From NCBI GenBank assembly GCA_965235115.1, contig OZ249436.1, forward strand, positions 11,534,001 to 11,598,000: a DNA stretch of 64,000 bases. The letters are read 5' to 3'. Numbering within the stretch: position 1 is the first letter of the stretch; every line of letters starts with the position of its first letter. A model generated the notes under the pieces. It had not been told where the DNA came from. It was given only the letters and a program-made list of their open reading frames with translations, and made no database searches. Of the stretch, positions 10,521-24,265 are shown piece after piece. This DNA is from Laetmonice hystrix. Taxonomy: Eukaryota. A program made the position numbers and the translations under genes.

Positions 10521-13099
10521 TTTATGAACGAACAGTCAGCCGATTTGATCATTTGATGCTGATAGGCCTATCACCTGAAGTTTAAGAGCCCCCCCCCCCC
10601 CCAACCATGGATTCGTCTCTATCTCTATGGTCAACAACCGCGGCATTATTAGTGCAGGGTGGTCGGAGTGAAAAGAAATTTATGCAAGCTGGCGACTGAA
10701 TCGACTGGGCTGTATGAGCCACAATGAGCTGACTGCAGGCTATATGCATGGTCGCAGCAGGGTCGTACTCTTTGACTTTGGTGTATAACCTATTACAGGC
10801 CAAAGCCAAGGGGTAGCGTACCTGTCGCATAGTACTATCTTTAATAATAAATAAGGACAAAGTAACAGTTCTTCTTAATTTCCAGTCTAGCTGGACATAA
10901 TTTTAAGTCATGACAATTTTCTCTTCTGGGCTCATCGGTTTAATTTTAAATCAGTCTGCAGAAAAAGTGAGGCGAACGTGACGTGTGCCACCTAAATCTG
11001 TGTCACTGATCCTTTTTTATTAAATTAATTAGAAATACAATTTTAAACAAAATTACTACATAGATCTAGCGTTCTGGGCTATTTCTGTGGTTAAACGAGG
11101 CACACAAATCCTTGAGCCATATCAGAAACCTAATATTTTAATTTCGTGACAACTATGTTCTACCTTTTGACAATATTTTCTTGCCATAGCTAATATTATT
11201 GGTACAAAGTTTAGTTCTTTTACATTTTTACATTTTACATTTTTGTAACAGTTTTACCTGTCTAGTAAGCGACACATTTATGCCCATCAGGCAGTTTAAT
11301 AGAGCTATTTGATGAGAATAATTAGATTAAATAGGTCTGGGAAGAGTAAAAGCAAAAGTGTTTCTAATATTGCTTATGACAGGGGTTCATAATAGAGAGG
11401 TTAGTTTTTTTGTAAAAAGTTTAAGATATCAAATACATTTAAATAATCATTGATTCATCTATATAAGAGACTTCCATGATGTTATATTTCTATTTGAAAC
11501 TGGCGCCCTTTCACTTGACTTATTGGGGTAATGGTAATTACGTAACCCTGCCGACTTGCCCTTAATTTGATCCCTGATAGGCAGGACAGGCGATGTACAT
11601 ATTGATTGGGTGGGGCTCCAGAGTGCAGGCTAAGGTGGAGGTAGCAGGATGGTTTGAATACTGGTCCGGTAATCCGCCGCTAGATATATGTGCCAGGATG
11701 TACTTTGATGACAGGGAATCTGGAGCGCACGTATTGATTTATTATCGGACGATAGCTTCCCAATGTCAAACAAATCTTTTATATTTGCCCTCATTACATA
11801 CAGATTTTGATTTTATAATAGATCATAAAGCAGTGCAATTATTTGTTACACTTACAGTGTGATATGGAATAGTTCAAAGAGTTGCTAACGCACTGTTAGA
11901 TCATGAGAGCTCAAGGAACGCCCTGAGGGCAAGGATGTAGGTCGGAGGTGGTGTTAGCGGTTTGTTACCTGTCTCCTATCGGAAGGTTACAGGTAACTCT
12001 GCTGTGCACGGCAGTCTGTCATTAGTGCCAGCAGCAGTATCCGACGTTAATGATGAATGGTTGCACACATCCTTGTAATTATATATTCGGCGCACAGTGT
12101 TAGGAGTTGTCCTTGGACAGTGCCACAACTTGGAGGTGCCCTCTCTCCACAGGATCCAACACTCCTAGCGTTAAGAGGCATACCACCGTTGCCACACCTG
12201 TTAGTACCTAGACTGATGGAAATACTCTAATCGCCTGCGCTATTTCCCCTTGGTAAATGGGCGCTAATTGAAGAGAGTGGGGCCAGTTCCTTGGTACTGA
12301 TGGTTGCCTGGAACTGGAAGGAATATTTGAGAACGTTATACTCGGTGGTATTGGATTTTGGCGGTCAGATTTAAGAGTACCCCAAGATGTACCAAGCCTG
12401 GAGGTAAGCCTGATACCTGTTTGGTGCAATCCATTTCAATCTTTACAGAGTAGAACTAGTGCAAGGTAGGAATTAATTTTTATCCTGTTTTCATAAATGT
12501 ATGCTGGAGATATCCCTATTTTTGTCTTTAAATATTTTATTTACCATTATTTTTCCTTTTAGTAAATATTGGTCCTCGCAGTAGACCCACGCCATTAAAT
12601 CATGATTGTTACAAGCATGTTCTAGGAAACAAAATGAACAAAATCCGTGTTGTTGGTCGTAAAGAATGCTGATGGCTGGGAGTCCTAGTATCACGTCAGT
12701 GCTGAAAGGAGACACTGGAAATGCTGCTATGACGGCGGGATTTTTCGGAACTTTAGTGAATATTTAGTTTGATTCGTCACACACTGGTGACTGGTTAGAA
12801 TTATATTTATAATAGAAGAATCTCTCAGAGTATGCCTTTTCTCTCAATCCAGCCCGACAGGATGTAAAACAACCTACTGATCTTGATATTTCTACTGTAC
12901 ACAGTGTTAATTAAACTTAATTTAAAGGCATTTTGCTCGAGATTGGCACACAAAAGTTGGCATTATTGACAAGGGGTAGAGGTATATGATGAAAGGTTCA
13001 GGGGGTAGGAAATGTCTTGAAGCATCAAACAGTCCCGAGAACATTTAGGTATTTTATTGCTGGTTGAGGATGGTATACTAGCGGGAACATAACGAACAT

Positions 13100-13391
13100 T
13101 ACAGACCGTACTATGATCGGCCAATGCAGCCATTTGCTACGCGCCATTGTTTGAAATGATATAAACTGATGAATGGCACGGAGGGTTACCATGATGCTGC
13201 CAGTGGCCCTGGCTTGTCACACCAGGTAATCGCCATAATACATGCAGGAGGGGGAAGGGTGGGTGGTAGCGTTGGTGTGACCGTCGCCCCGCCCGCCGCC
13301 TCCCTAGGAACCATGTGTGTTTGAGTGTCAGAGTGTCATCTTCACCCGGAGCTAGTGAGACTTCACTCACAGAGACTGCAGGCATGGACAG
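13100..13391 (+). promoter_or_regulatory. Probable CARHSP1 promoter and first exon
   Basis: CCAAT at 13121-13125, GC boxes (CCCCGCCCGCC) at ~13287-13297, strong donor CAG|GTAAGG at 13391/13392, ATG in GGCATGG at 13384. Confidence 0.55.
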
Positions 13392-13829
13392 GTAAGGCGG
13401 ACGGGAGTCAAACCACGGTGCACCAGGGTAAAAGGGTATTGATTGTAATGTTAGCGTATGTTTTTAATGAAGAACTTCCAGGTAATAATTTCCATAATCG
13501 CTTACAACTCATGATACCTAACCATACCCACCGTTTGAGTGAAGGAGTGAGTGGCGGAGAGGGATGACAAACTCATGAATTTGTTATACCTGGTCGGAGT
13601 GATTGATAGCTTTTTGTATTTGGTAGCGATTTTCATGGCGACCTTAAGCCGGATATAGCAAGGCATTATCTGGTCGTGGGCTTGTTGATATTTGCAGTGG
13701 TTTCAGCCAGTTATTATATATGCATGTATATCATGATCCAATAGTGGAAGGTGATATAATGGTATCATAGCACTAGATACCATGTTTTGTTAACTGATGT
13801 GATTTATTTCTGAGGAAGATAATGGTCCT

Positions 13830-14110
13830 TTCCTGCAAAGTTCAAACCCTGCCCTCAGGCAGGTACTACTACTCCAAACCTGGTGTTATATCAGACACCA
13901 GGCTTTATTGTAACATTGTCTATGCTGTTCTGCACATGAAAGAACCCTTGCCACTTACAACAGGAGTGTGTACTTATGTGGGTGATATATAATCATCATC
14001 ATCATCATCCAACAAATTTAAATGGACTAATTTAAAGGAGAAAGCAATCTGATTTAAGCCTGAAAATGGTCACGAGTTGCCAGGAGGGCAGAAAGCAATC
14101 ACTCACTCAC
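13830..14110 (+). mobile_element. tRNA-derived SINE relic (Nin/Deu-domain-like)
   Basis: B-box-like GTTCAAACCC at ~13840, GCACATGAAAGAACCC at ~13931, (ATC)n and (CACT)n tails. Confidence 0.4.
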
Positions 14111-14916
14111 TGAGTGTACTTTGTAGGAGGATTTCCACGGTTCACACGGAATCATTATGATCTAGTTCTTGGCTGGTGGTAAAATGTTTAGCATAGTGAT
14201 TGAATCAGACTGCATAAATGAAATATCACCATAAACCTTAATCGGAACTTAGCATCAATGTTTGCTATCCGCCGTGCTGAGTCAGTACAGCAGATCGCCG
14301 GTGATGTATGGCCTCCGATAGGCAATATGAACAGCAAGCTCCGGCAGCACTGTTTGGGTAGAGACGGCTGGCAGAGCAAACAGTATGCGTTCTATATTAA
14401 GGGTCGGTGCAGTGGAAATGGACAGATGTTGTAATCGTGTTGATCACCACCAGCCCAACTTATATAGATCTGCATCTATATCAGCCGGGTGGTAGGGGCA
14501 GGTGCCGGACGCCTTCCCTGGCCGATGGGGCCAGGCTTCAGGTACAATTGATAAGATACTCTCTGGCGTCTTTGTATCTATTAGTGATATATATATTTAT
14601 CAAGCTATGAACTGTACTTAATATTTATAGATTAAAAAGGTATTGTGCAGGATGAAAGAAGAACTTTACTTGCATGGTTGCAAGCTTGATGGGTCTGTTT
14701 CTACTTGAATGAAGTGTTCCTCTGTAAGTGCGTCAAGACACTGCAATTTTTTCTCTTTTCTCTACAGTTGCTACAGGATTGCTTAAGGTACACATCGTGT
14801 AATGTATCTTTAATGAACTGCACTCAGTAATGTTGTGTTTATTGCAATCCATTTTTTAAAGGACAAAGGTCGAATCCGGGCTGATCATTCCCCAAGTGAG
14901 TGTAGGCCTTCCCGAC

Positions 14917-15047
14917 ATGAGCGAACCGATGAATATTCCGGCGCGGTCGCCACCCACGTCGCCCATATCTCCGGGGGCCAGGTCTCCTCGCAGTCACTTT
15001 CTCCTGCCCAGCCCAATCCCCACACGGCGTAACCGCACCCAGTCCAT
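14917..15047 (+). CDS. CARHSP1: CARHSP1 coding exon (Ser/Pro-rich N-terminus)
   Basis: ATG at 14917; ends AT|GTAAGT; contains LPSPIPTRRNRTQS. Confidence 0.92.
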
Positions 15048-18000
15048 GTAAGTGGTCAACATTCTCAACGTTTGAAGAGTTTTATAAAAGCTAAGTTGTA
15101 ATAAATCGTAAAAAAGATATTCTCCGTTTTGAAATCAGCTGTGGCATCAATGGTAAAATGTAAACGCCGAGCCAGAAGTTGTGTTTGAGCTGGTTATTAC
15201 TACATTTTTGTACCCGTTTTTTGTTGGATGTTTTTTGTTTTGTTTCAAGAGTATTTCCAGTTGATATACTGTTTACTGTTTACTGATAACGAAACTTGGT
15301 CAGCTATTTACAAACTACCCTATAAAATTACTAGAGAAACCCGACTCCAGTCATTCCAGTATAGAGTAATCCACAGAACTATCACATGTAATCAATATCT
15401 TGCTCAAATTCGTAAAAAAGACTCTACGATATGCAATTACTGTACAAAAAATGATAATCTGGAGCACTTCTTTATAGAATGTGAAAAAGCCAATGAATTC
15501 TGGAAACATTTCTTTAGCTGGTGGGTGTCAGTATCAGAATATGCTTCTAATTACTATGAAGGAAATTTTAAAGAATGTATACTACTTGGATATCCCGGAG
15601 AGGACAATTTCTTCTATATATGCTAAACTATTGTGTGCTATTGGCAAAATATTTCATTCATAAGCAGAAACTGTTTGGTGATAATGATCTAAACTTCTAT
15701 GCCTACAAGACTTTGGTTAAAACTCGGTTAAACATTATGAAAAACACTTGTATAAAAGAGAATAATATGGAACCATTTAACAAATTCCATCTAATTTTTG
15801 ACAAGCTATAATTTACCACCCTCTTTTCTGTAACTTTTCCGTCTGTACGCCAGATCGAACACAATTGTAATTTGTCAATGTATACCCGTGCTGTAGATGA
15901 ATAAACATGAATCCTTAAAAAAAAAAAAAAAAAAGATATACTGTTTACGTGTACACATGATTTACCAGACTTATCTTGCAGAACCAAATATTTGAAAATT
16001 TACTAGGATGGGCAGATTTATATTGATCTTATATTTGACGTCAACTGATCTCAGTGTCAGTTACAAACAGGTAGAATTCTGTCTTGTGTAATGAGAACCG
16101 TATCATCGGCGCGCGTTGCCAAGGACAACGTAAAAAGTTGGTAACTTGGAAGATAGTGGCTGCGTGCATAATAACCGGCAGTAATTGAAACCACTAGAGA
16201 GGTTTGGCATTTTGTCCCTTTTTGTCCTACAATTTGTCCTGAGTAGTGGGTATCGTTTGTTCCCATAACACAGTGTTAGAGTCAGGCAGGTATTATCCTG
16301 CTCAAGGATATCTCACACCGTTACGTTCCGGTGATAGTGAAGGTGAGAATAAGTCTGTGGCTGGAGGCTCACAAAGGGTTCTCTTCATCAATCCAACTCA
16401 TCAATCTTACTCCCGTCGTTTCACATACTTGTCCCTAAATATTCTCCATTCTATGTGCTGTCCATTAATACATCATCAGAACGCAATAACACATTGTATA
16501 ATATACTAGTCACTGACCTCATCTCTGTTCTTTTTTCCACACATGAAATGGCGTGACCACAGTGCAGGGGAAACAGGAAAAATGGCTCAAAGAAATTCCC
16601 CACGGGGAAAACACAGGAAATATTTTTTTTTTTTAAATCTCCAAAACATAGGGAAAACACAGAATTTTTTTTTGACAGCCCCCCCCCCCCAAAAAAATAT
16701 AAAAAAAAAAAAATAGGCAAATGCTTTTGGACATCAGGTTGTTGGATCAAATAATTGCAATCTGATTGAAGGCGATCGCCTGGTGCCATATTTGATGAAA
16801 ACACCGATAGACAGTCATACCAGATTGCACGGAAAATTTGTCGTGGGGCAGAAGTTTGCTGGGTTTACTTGGTTTACTGACATGAATATGTAATGGTCCT
16901 GTTCTTAAGGGTTATATAGGGGGAACAACCACATGGGTTTCTGCCCAGATACAAATGTACTTGAAATATTGAGAGTATGAAAAGGATGCGAAATATTATA
17001 TAAGGTAGATCATAGTTCTCATCCAAGATAACAGCTGTCATACGAGTTCAATAATACCTGAACCCATCAAAACAGATGATCTTTCTCAGACTGTATGGTT
17101 TGCACATCTCGGTGATGGGGTAACAAGAAAACGGGGCTATATATATTAGCTTCCAGTGTTTTTATTTTTACATGAAAAAGTGCTGTATGAAGATGTGAAT
17201 AGAATGTGAGCAGATACGTCTGAGAGTGGGGTTGACTGAAGCGGCTCACAGACACACAGTACCGGTATTATTGACAATAATATATATTATCAATAAAACT
17301 GAAAAAAATATTCAATCGTCTGTGGGGGACGTGAAATTTTATCAATATTTAATCAATATTATTGTCAATGATATTGTGCGTCTGTGGGCCATGATTATGG
17401 GCGTTCGTTGCGTGACGGAGTTGACAACGTGAGCACAATGTGAGGACCTTGGTCTGCTGATTGAGGAAACCAGCCTGCAGATACAGCACTTAGTCCAAGC
17501 CATTACACAGCATGGAACCGACGCTACCTGGAGATGTCCCAGAGCAATAGTAACTCTGGGGCAAGCCATCTGTCAATAACACTGACACTCAAGATGGATT
17601 GCCATGTAACTTTAGCTTGTACAGGCCTGTAAAACCACAATGTCGAGACCAAGAAGGCAGGGCTGTAAAGGGCGTTGTTTATCGTAAGGCAGGCAGTAAG
17701 TCACGGTGTGACCTACTCAAGGTCAAACATCTTGATGTGGAAAGTGATGAGGTAATTTGGTGTTGTTCTCCACCTGTAGAGCGGTTATTTCGGGTCTGGT
17801 ATTTGGACAAGCAGGTGTACACTAAAGGTATGGGTCGTGTGCCGAGGGGACCAGCCTAGACGTGCTCACACTGGGCCGTTTGGCGGACACTAGGGCTGAC
17901 AAGTGGATGTATTGTGTTTCAGGTCGGAGAGGGCCATGCAGGGCCCCACCCTCCGAGGACAGATCAAGGATTTCTGCAGAGAGAAGGGCCACGGCTTTGT

Positions 18001-18687
18001 GGTCCCTGAAGATGGCAGCCCTCTCCTCTTTGTCCACATTTCGGAGTAAGTATCTCTTTAATCCTAAATCTAAGCTGTCCTTTTCATTCGGTAATTTGTT
18101 GAAAAGTCCAGATGTGTAATGGAAATATTTTCAGGTCATTCAGTTAATTCGCTAAAAAGGAAAATACTGTGGATGTACTTGTTTTTATTCGGGCTGACGT
18201 CTACATTGAGAAGGAGAGGTTATTTTCCATACAGTTTCAACCTTTTAAGGAGCATACATACAGAAATACATCTAAAAAAAAAAAAGAAAAAAGAAATACA
18301 TCTAACCGTAACTACTCTTTCCCCCCCCCCCCCCCAAAAAAAAAAAGAAAAGAAAAGAAAAGTGTGAATAACTGCTTGCGTAGAATGTGATATCACCTTA
18401 GGTCATGTGATAAAGCTATAAAAAGAAGTTATACATATACCAGTCTACAAGTTACTGGGACAGGATAAATAGGCTTGTTGCTTGTTTTGTTTTGTTTCAG
18501 TATTGAAGAAGAGTTCGTTCCCCATGATGGTGACATTGTCGAGTACAAGACGATTCTGATCCCACCCAAACAAGAAAAGATGCAGGCAGTTCATGTGAAG
18601 ATTGTTACTCCCGTCAAGGGGACTCTACACGAGAGGTGGGATGCTCCGGTCAGGCCCGTCACTCCTCTCAAAGATAATCCCTTATAA
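14917..18687 (+). CDS. CARHSP1: Calcium-regulated heat-stable protein 1 / cold shock domain-containing C2 family (exons 14917-15047, 17923-18045, 18501-18687; 146 aa)
   Basis: Spliced translation MSEPMNIPARSPPTSPISPGARSPRSHFLLPSPIPTRRNRTQSMSERAMQGPTLRGQIKDFCREKGHGFVVPEDGSPLLFVHISDIEEEFVPHDGDIVEYKTILIPPKQEKMQAVHVKIVTPVKGTLHERWDAPVRPVTPLKDNPL*. Family hallmarks LPSPxPTRRxRT, RNP1 KGHGF, RNP2 FVHISD, IPPKxEKxQAV; GT-AG introns; 441 nt in total. Confidence 0.95.
15277..15934 (+). mobile_element. 5'-truncated L1/Tx1-type LINE (ORF2 C-terminal zinc-knuckle region, 3'UTR, poly-A) in CARHSP1 intron
   Basis: WSAIYK...LQSFQYRVIHR...CNYC...LEHFFIECEKANEFW, one frameshift near 15610, then LNYCVLLAKYFIHKQK; AATAAA at 15900-15905; A18 tail; 14-bp TSD GATATACTGTTTAC at 15263-15276 and 15935-15948. 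Confidence 0.9.
17923..18045 (+). CDS. CARHSP1: CARHSP1 coding exon (CSD N-half)
   Basis: TTTCAG| acceptor, KGHGF and FVHIS motifs, GA|GTAAGT donor. Confidence 0.95.
18501..18687 (+). CDS. CARHSP1: CARHSP1 last coding exon
   Basis: TTTGTTTCAG| acceptor, IEEEFVPHDGD...IPPKQEKMQAV...TAA. Confidence 0.95.
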
Positions 18688-20501
18688 AGGGACATCAGAG
18701 ATGTCAGACAGACGCTGTACGATAGACGCTGTACGATCAGTTAGCATATGTTTGTATCCTAACAATTGTTGTAGAAGGTACACACCATGGACTTATCGGG
18801 GAATTCAGACGTAAAAAAAAGTTTTTTTTTCAAATTCACGACGATGATGTGTTAGAAAATGATTAAAATCAGAAAAGAGAAGTGTTTCTTGGAATAATGA
18901 TGTGGATAAATTAATTAGACTGGCAGTTTATGGGATATAACGAGTGAGAGAGTTGGCATGAGCGGAGAGAGTCGGATCAAAGGTGCCAAACACCCATGTG
19001 GCCAAGGTATGTCATGCTGTCGTAGAGTTGGTGGAATGTGTGTCATGTTATCAAGAACTCTCAGAATGCGTGATGATACAACAATACACATTGAGAGAAT
19101 GTGACACAGATTGCTGTTGACGTGCGGCGGAGGCTGACTCCAGCCGCTAACAGTCAGGTTTTATCATTTGACTGAGTCGTTCAAACGTTTCATGTATACA
19201 AAGCCCACTGTTGTGCTTGTTCGAGATGGAGGTAACTGTGATGGGTCAAACTGTTGATTGAGAAGATGAATAATATTTTGCATGGAAGTGTCATGGATGG
19301 TGGCCATGAAGTTTGTGGTACCCTAGTCAGTACACCATGGTACTGGTACAACATGGTACCGGTACAACATGGTACTGGTAGGATACCGGGTACTTACTAG
19401 TAGGTGCGAGAGGGTTACTCTTTATCTCATCATGCTGGGCAGGTATTAAGTGACATATACATCTACTGATACACCGTAATTGATAAAACTACCCCAATTT
19501 GGAATCAGTGCTTTGACGAGCATCATTGTAAATCTGAATCTTCTATGACAATCCTTTGCTCTATTCCTGTTACATGCTGTTGTTTACAAACCAGTGTTGT
19601 ATACACAGTTAAATGTACATTGATAGCATGATGTTATGTGTGTAAGTGTACACCACACCTCAAACAAAAGATTTAACATATAACCATCAGTCTTTTCTTA
19701 CTAAATCTTTTATTTTGCCTGTCAAGTTAATCAGCTTATCCCTTCTCTATATTTACATGAGCGCTTAACAAACGCGGACATAGCTGTTTATTCAAGTAGG
19801 CTATTTCTGTGGGAGCAGTTGTAAGGGCAGTATCAACGTTAAGGCCCGGCCGGCCATCAAATTTGGACATTGTACACATTTTAAGGGTCCGGCAGCACTG
19901 TTTGGCTAGGCGGGCCGGCCTAGTGAATACGGCACGTTCCAGATTTGGTCTTGTGAACTAGCCTTAAGAACACGCTCAGTGAGAGGGTAGAAAACAGACC
20001 TAATACACATCAAGGAGCAGGTGTCGGCACACTCACTCAGTCACAATGCTAGGTGCCTTGTAATAGGATTGGCACATGTAACATCTAAGTTATCCTCCAG
20101 ATGGAAGGTGTTTCCATAGAACACAAAGTTCTATGGTGTTTCTGATCATTAGCTTGTCTGACCTTCCTCGTCCTGGTACAAGCAGTGCATTCTGAAAATA
20201 ATAGTCGCGAATCGCTCGCTGTTGTCTTCTTTGCTCTATTCACAAGCTTAGCCATTGGTGCACATTGATTACATATACATGGCTATGTATCGTACATGAT
20301 TTTCTTTGGGTAGTTTATCTTGTACATGTACACTTTTTGTGTAGGGGGTTTATTGCCTCAGAATATAAAAGATTATGTAAACCAGTTGAGTATATGGGTA
20401 GTATTATGGGTAGTATGGCCTGATTGAAGCAGAATTATATGTTTCCTAGAATTGACAGTATTTGTAGTTGAGATATTATCACCGTAGGAAGAATCCCAGG
20501 C

Positions 20502-20870
20502 TGACTGACAGTTCATGGTGTCGTCTTCAATAGTGATCACGTTTTCATGGGTCCTGATTACACCAGACAATTAGGAGTTCCAGGCGGGACTTGACTACTT
20601 GACTGACAGTTCATTGTGTCGTCTTCAATAGTGATCACGTTTTCATGGGTCCTGATTACACCAGACAATTAGGAGTTCCAGGCGGGACTTGACTACTTGA
20701 CTGACAGTTCATTGTGTCGTCTTCAATAGTGATCACGTTTTCATGGGTCCTGATTACACCAGACAATTAGGAGTTCCAGGCGGGACTTGACTACTTGACT
20801 GACAGTTCATTGTGTCGTCTTCAATAGTGATCACGTTTTCATGGGTCCTGATTACATTAGACAATTAGGA
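20502..20870. repeat. 98-bp tandem repeat, ~3.8 near-identical copies
   Basis: GACTGACAGTTCA at 20503, 20601, 20699, 20797. Confidence 0.95.
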
Positions 20871-21998
20871 TCCTTTATGGAATAACTCAGTAGGAGTGTC
20901 GATTGTAATATTTGCACACAGTAGTAATATTGCTAATAATTTACTGCAGTCACCAACATCTGTGTTACATTTGGATTACACTCTGTAAGGACACACTGAA
21001 AAAGCTTGAAAATTCTTAGGATCCCCGATTCAATCGTAGGACCAAAAACTTAGTTTAGTTTGGTTAGTTTGTCTGATTGGTGGGCAAAGTTTTAGTTTAG
21101 CGGAAGGAGGTTTTTATTCTGTTCAGTCTCTCTAATGAATGTTAGTAGAATGTTAACAAGTTTGGATTTACTATGGTTGGCATGTTATATGTCATCGATT
21201 TCAGGGTTTACTGCTAGTTTGATTGGGCAGTCTGATGTGGAGGGATGGTGAAAACACTAAGAATTCTAGCCTTTGGTAGAAAGTAATGTGAGAGTAGGAG
21301 CAGCACTAACCATGTGAGTCCTTATAATCGTCGGCAGTAATACAGTAACCAGAAGTAGGACCACAGAGAGTTTGAGGGAAAGCTGAACATTTGTGGTGTG
21401 GTCATTATAAAATATGTTTCATGCCATTGCACATAGAATATGTGTGTCATATTAGCTGTTTTGACTGTTGAATTTAGATGTTGTTTTACAATTTAATAGC
21501 TGGAAGAAGCCAGTGAAAAAAGTGTCAGGGCTCCAGGAAAGTGAATCCTTGTACTATAACATCAAATGCGCGGACTTTTGGGATAATATGGTTTATTATA
21601 GTGAGTGACAAAACTATCCGATAGGAGGCCTCATGGTGCTGCCACCTTACGGCAGGTTTGTTCTAAGCCGACATAAATCGACCGTTTCTCATTGTCGACA
21701 AATTTGTACAGAAAATTCCATTCTTTCAAGAAGGCAGTTCATTTTTCTTTTTGTTAAATAGGCCTACCAATACCATAGTATTATTAGCTCTATTACCGAG
21801 AAAGACAATGTCATTATGTCTCTGTCTTTAGTTTTTTGGTGTCATAGAAATTTACTTCCACTGAATGAGATATATTTGACTGGGAGCAATGCCGAGACAA
21901 TTAAACTCAATTCTTTTTTGATAAATTCACCATACGCTAGTTTTTTTGTTTTAAAAAGTAAAGTAGCTCTCACACGTGCACGTAGTCAGCGCCGTAGT

Positions 21999-22447
21999 GT
22001 ACCGTAATCATTACGTGAGACTTTCGTGAGAAATACGTGATAGTTATTAGGGGTACGTAGAACTACGTAATCTCTATGTAATCGCATGTAACACTACGTA
22101 ATCTCACGTAATGCTACGTAGATATCTTGAGATTTGAGGTGAGGTATTTTGTAGCGTCGTTTTTTTGTGACTGCAGTAACTCTACATGATATTACGTGAG
22201 ACATTACGTAGGATTACGTACGACTACATGAGAATACGTGATGCCATGTCTACGTAATACTAATACGTAATCTCACGTAATGCTACGTAATACTATGTAC
22301 AATGGCTACGTAATCCAGAAAATTTTGAACATGTTGAAAACCTTACGTATTCTCACGTATTGCCCCTCGCCTCCCGTACTCTCACGTAATGCTCAAGTAC
22401 TCACCTCCCGTAATGCCACGTATTAATGTTACGTGAGATTACGGTGC
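21999..22447. mobile_element. MITE-like element with G(T/C)ACCGTAATC TIRs and many TACGT(A/G) subrepeats
   Basis: GTACCGTAATC at ~21999 and GATTACGGTGC at ~22437-22447; interior saturated with ACGT. Confidence 0.55.
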
Positions 22448-22888
22448 TACGTGCAAGTGTGAGAGCTACAGTTATAGTGGAGCGGTTGGTGATATGAGGG
22501 GCCGTTAAAGGGCTTGCTCATTATATTTCTGTTTCCTTGTGCCCTTATAAAGGGCTTACATTGAGAAACGTTGTGCCAGATCCGGTCATGTAATTTGAAA
22601 GATGCATTGTACCAAAAGTAACTGGCACACATCTTGGAATCACCGTATTGAGTGACAGTTCCCACCAGAGGAAACCCTTCCAAAGTTTTGGTTTGGCTGA
22701 AGTGTGTGTGTGTACAAGGTAATATAAGTTGATACTGATTGGAGAATTCCATGTGAGATTATTCTAAATCACGGTATTTTTCGCGTAATATATAGAATGG
22801 TTTTTCCAAGACCTACATATGTCGTCATTGAAATCGGGTTGTAAATATAATAAAGCTATTTTAAAATATTAAAATGGTTGATAATAGT

Positions 22889-23063
22889 AGAGTCAGACCT
22901 CGTTTATCTAAACAGCTTGGTGCCTATTAAAATGTGTTCGGTTTGTGAAACATACGGATTACTGAATTATTTTAAATTGAAAATGGTAGAAGAGGTTACC
23001 AGAAAGTGTTTACGGGTTGTGAGGTATACGGATTAAAGAAGCAGGGATTAACGAGGTCTGACT
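22889..23063. mobile_element. Tc1/mariner-like MITE
   Basis: AGTCAGACCTCGTT...AACGAGGTCTGACTG TIRs, degenerate TA flanks. Confidence 0.6.
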
Positions 23064-23396
23064 GTTTACAGCGCTATAATTAATATTTGTTTGTGCAACT
23101 TGAAAGAAATGTATTTAATACCTCAGACAATAGAATAATGTCATTTTTTAAGACGTCAAAAAGGACACTAGTGAGTGATACATAGTATTCCATACTTGAT
23201 ACATTCTGTAGGTAACTCCGATAGGTTCGGCCATGATTTCTACCACCATTTACCGCATTGGTAGCGATTTGCCTTGAGATGCGACACTTGTGAAATCATT
23301 CTCCCCTACCAGAGTGTTGACATTATATAACCTACGTTTTCGACGGGACGCATTGAAGTGTTATATGAATCTCCATTCATGTACCAACTGCTTTAA

Positions 23397-23722
23397 AGGT
23401 GCTATTCGTCTCGCACAGAATGGCATTTCTCCTATCATACATTGTGCACATAGTACTAGAAAAAATTCCTACCGATACCATTGGCCTGATGAACCTTCTA
23501 TTAGTCTGTGTGCAGCATTTGAAACCTATCTCGGTGCGCACCGAGATAGAGCCATTTCCTATGGTGGGGCGTGTCAGAGTCTCCACAGGCCTTCTGAGAG
23601 AGCCCCATTTGTGCCGTTATCCATGAAAAATTTTGATTTCCTTTGTTGTGAATCTATTTCCATGATAGGTGGGATCACATAAACGTCAACAAAATTAAAT
23701 TGTTTTTTCACGAATAGCACCT
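23397..23722. mobile_element. Second Kolobok-like MITE family (TTAA TSD)
   Basis: TTAA-AGGTGCTATTCGT...ACGAATAGCACCT-TTAA. Confidence 0.75.
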
Positions 23723-24265
23723 TTAATATGTATCCCAGGATTTACCGTTAATGTATATTATTAATCATGATTCTCGTATGAACCCAGTTTTTACATTTTC
23801 ATGTAGTTTTTCAGAGTTGCTCTATTAGCGATACTGGCAGCAACGCATCATGTGTGTATTTGATGCATATAAATGATTGATTGGTTGAAATAATAAAAAG
23901 ATTGATAAAGAATTCCGAGTCTTATGAGTGCAGTATATCCCCAAGTTCCGCTGAGACAAAGGTTCCGCTATTAGTTTCTGCTGCTATACAGCAGGGGCGT
24001 GGCCAGGATTTTCTGAGGGAGGCGGGGGGGTCCACGAGACACTTTGCCCCTTCGCCCCCCTTATACAGGGTGTCCGCGAAAAAAAAACCACGGTTCTGCA
24101 CATCCACATAGCGAAGCTTCAGCTATACTATTAGTATTTTGGGGGAAATATTAATGGTCTGGATTTCCACCAAATCGGTTCATCCGTTCTTGAGCAAGGA
24201 AATCTTTTGTCGGGCAGAGTCAAAACTCGAAATCCATCAGATTGCAGACTGAAATACAACTGGGT

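Noticed and set aside
11890..12860. Possible decayed retroelement or gene on the minus strand
   Set aside because: The frames examined are interrupted and no diagnostic motif could be identified.
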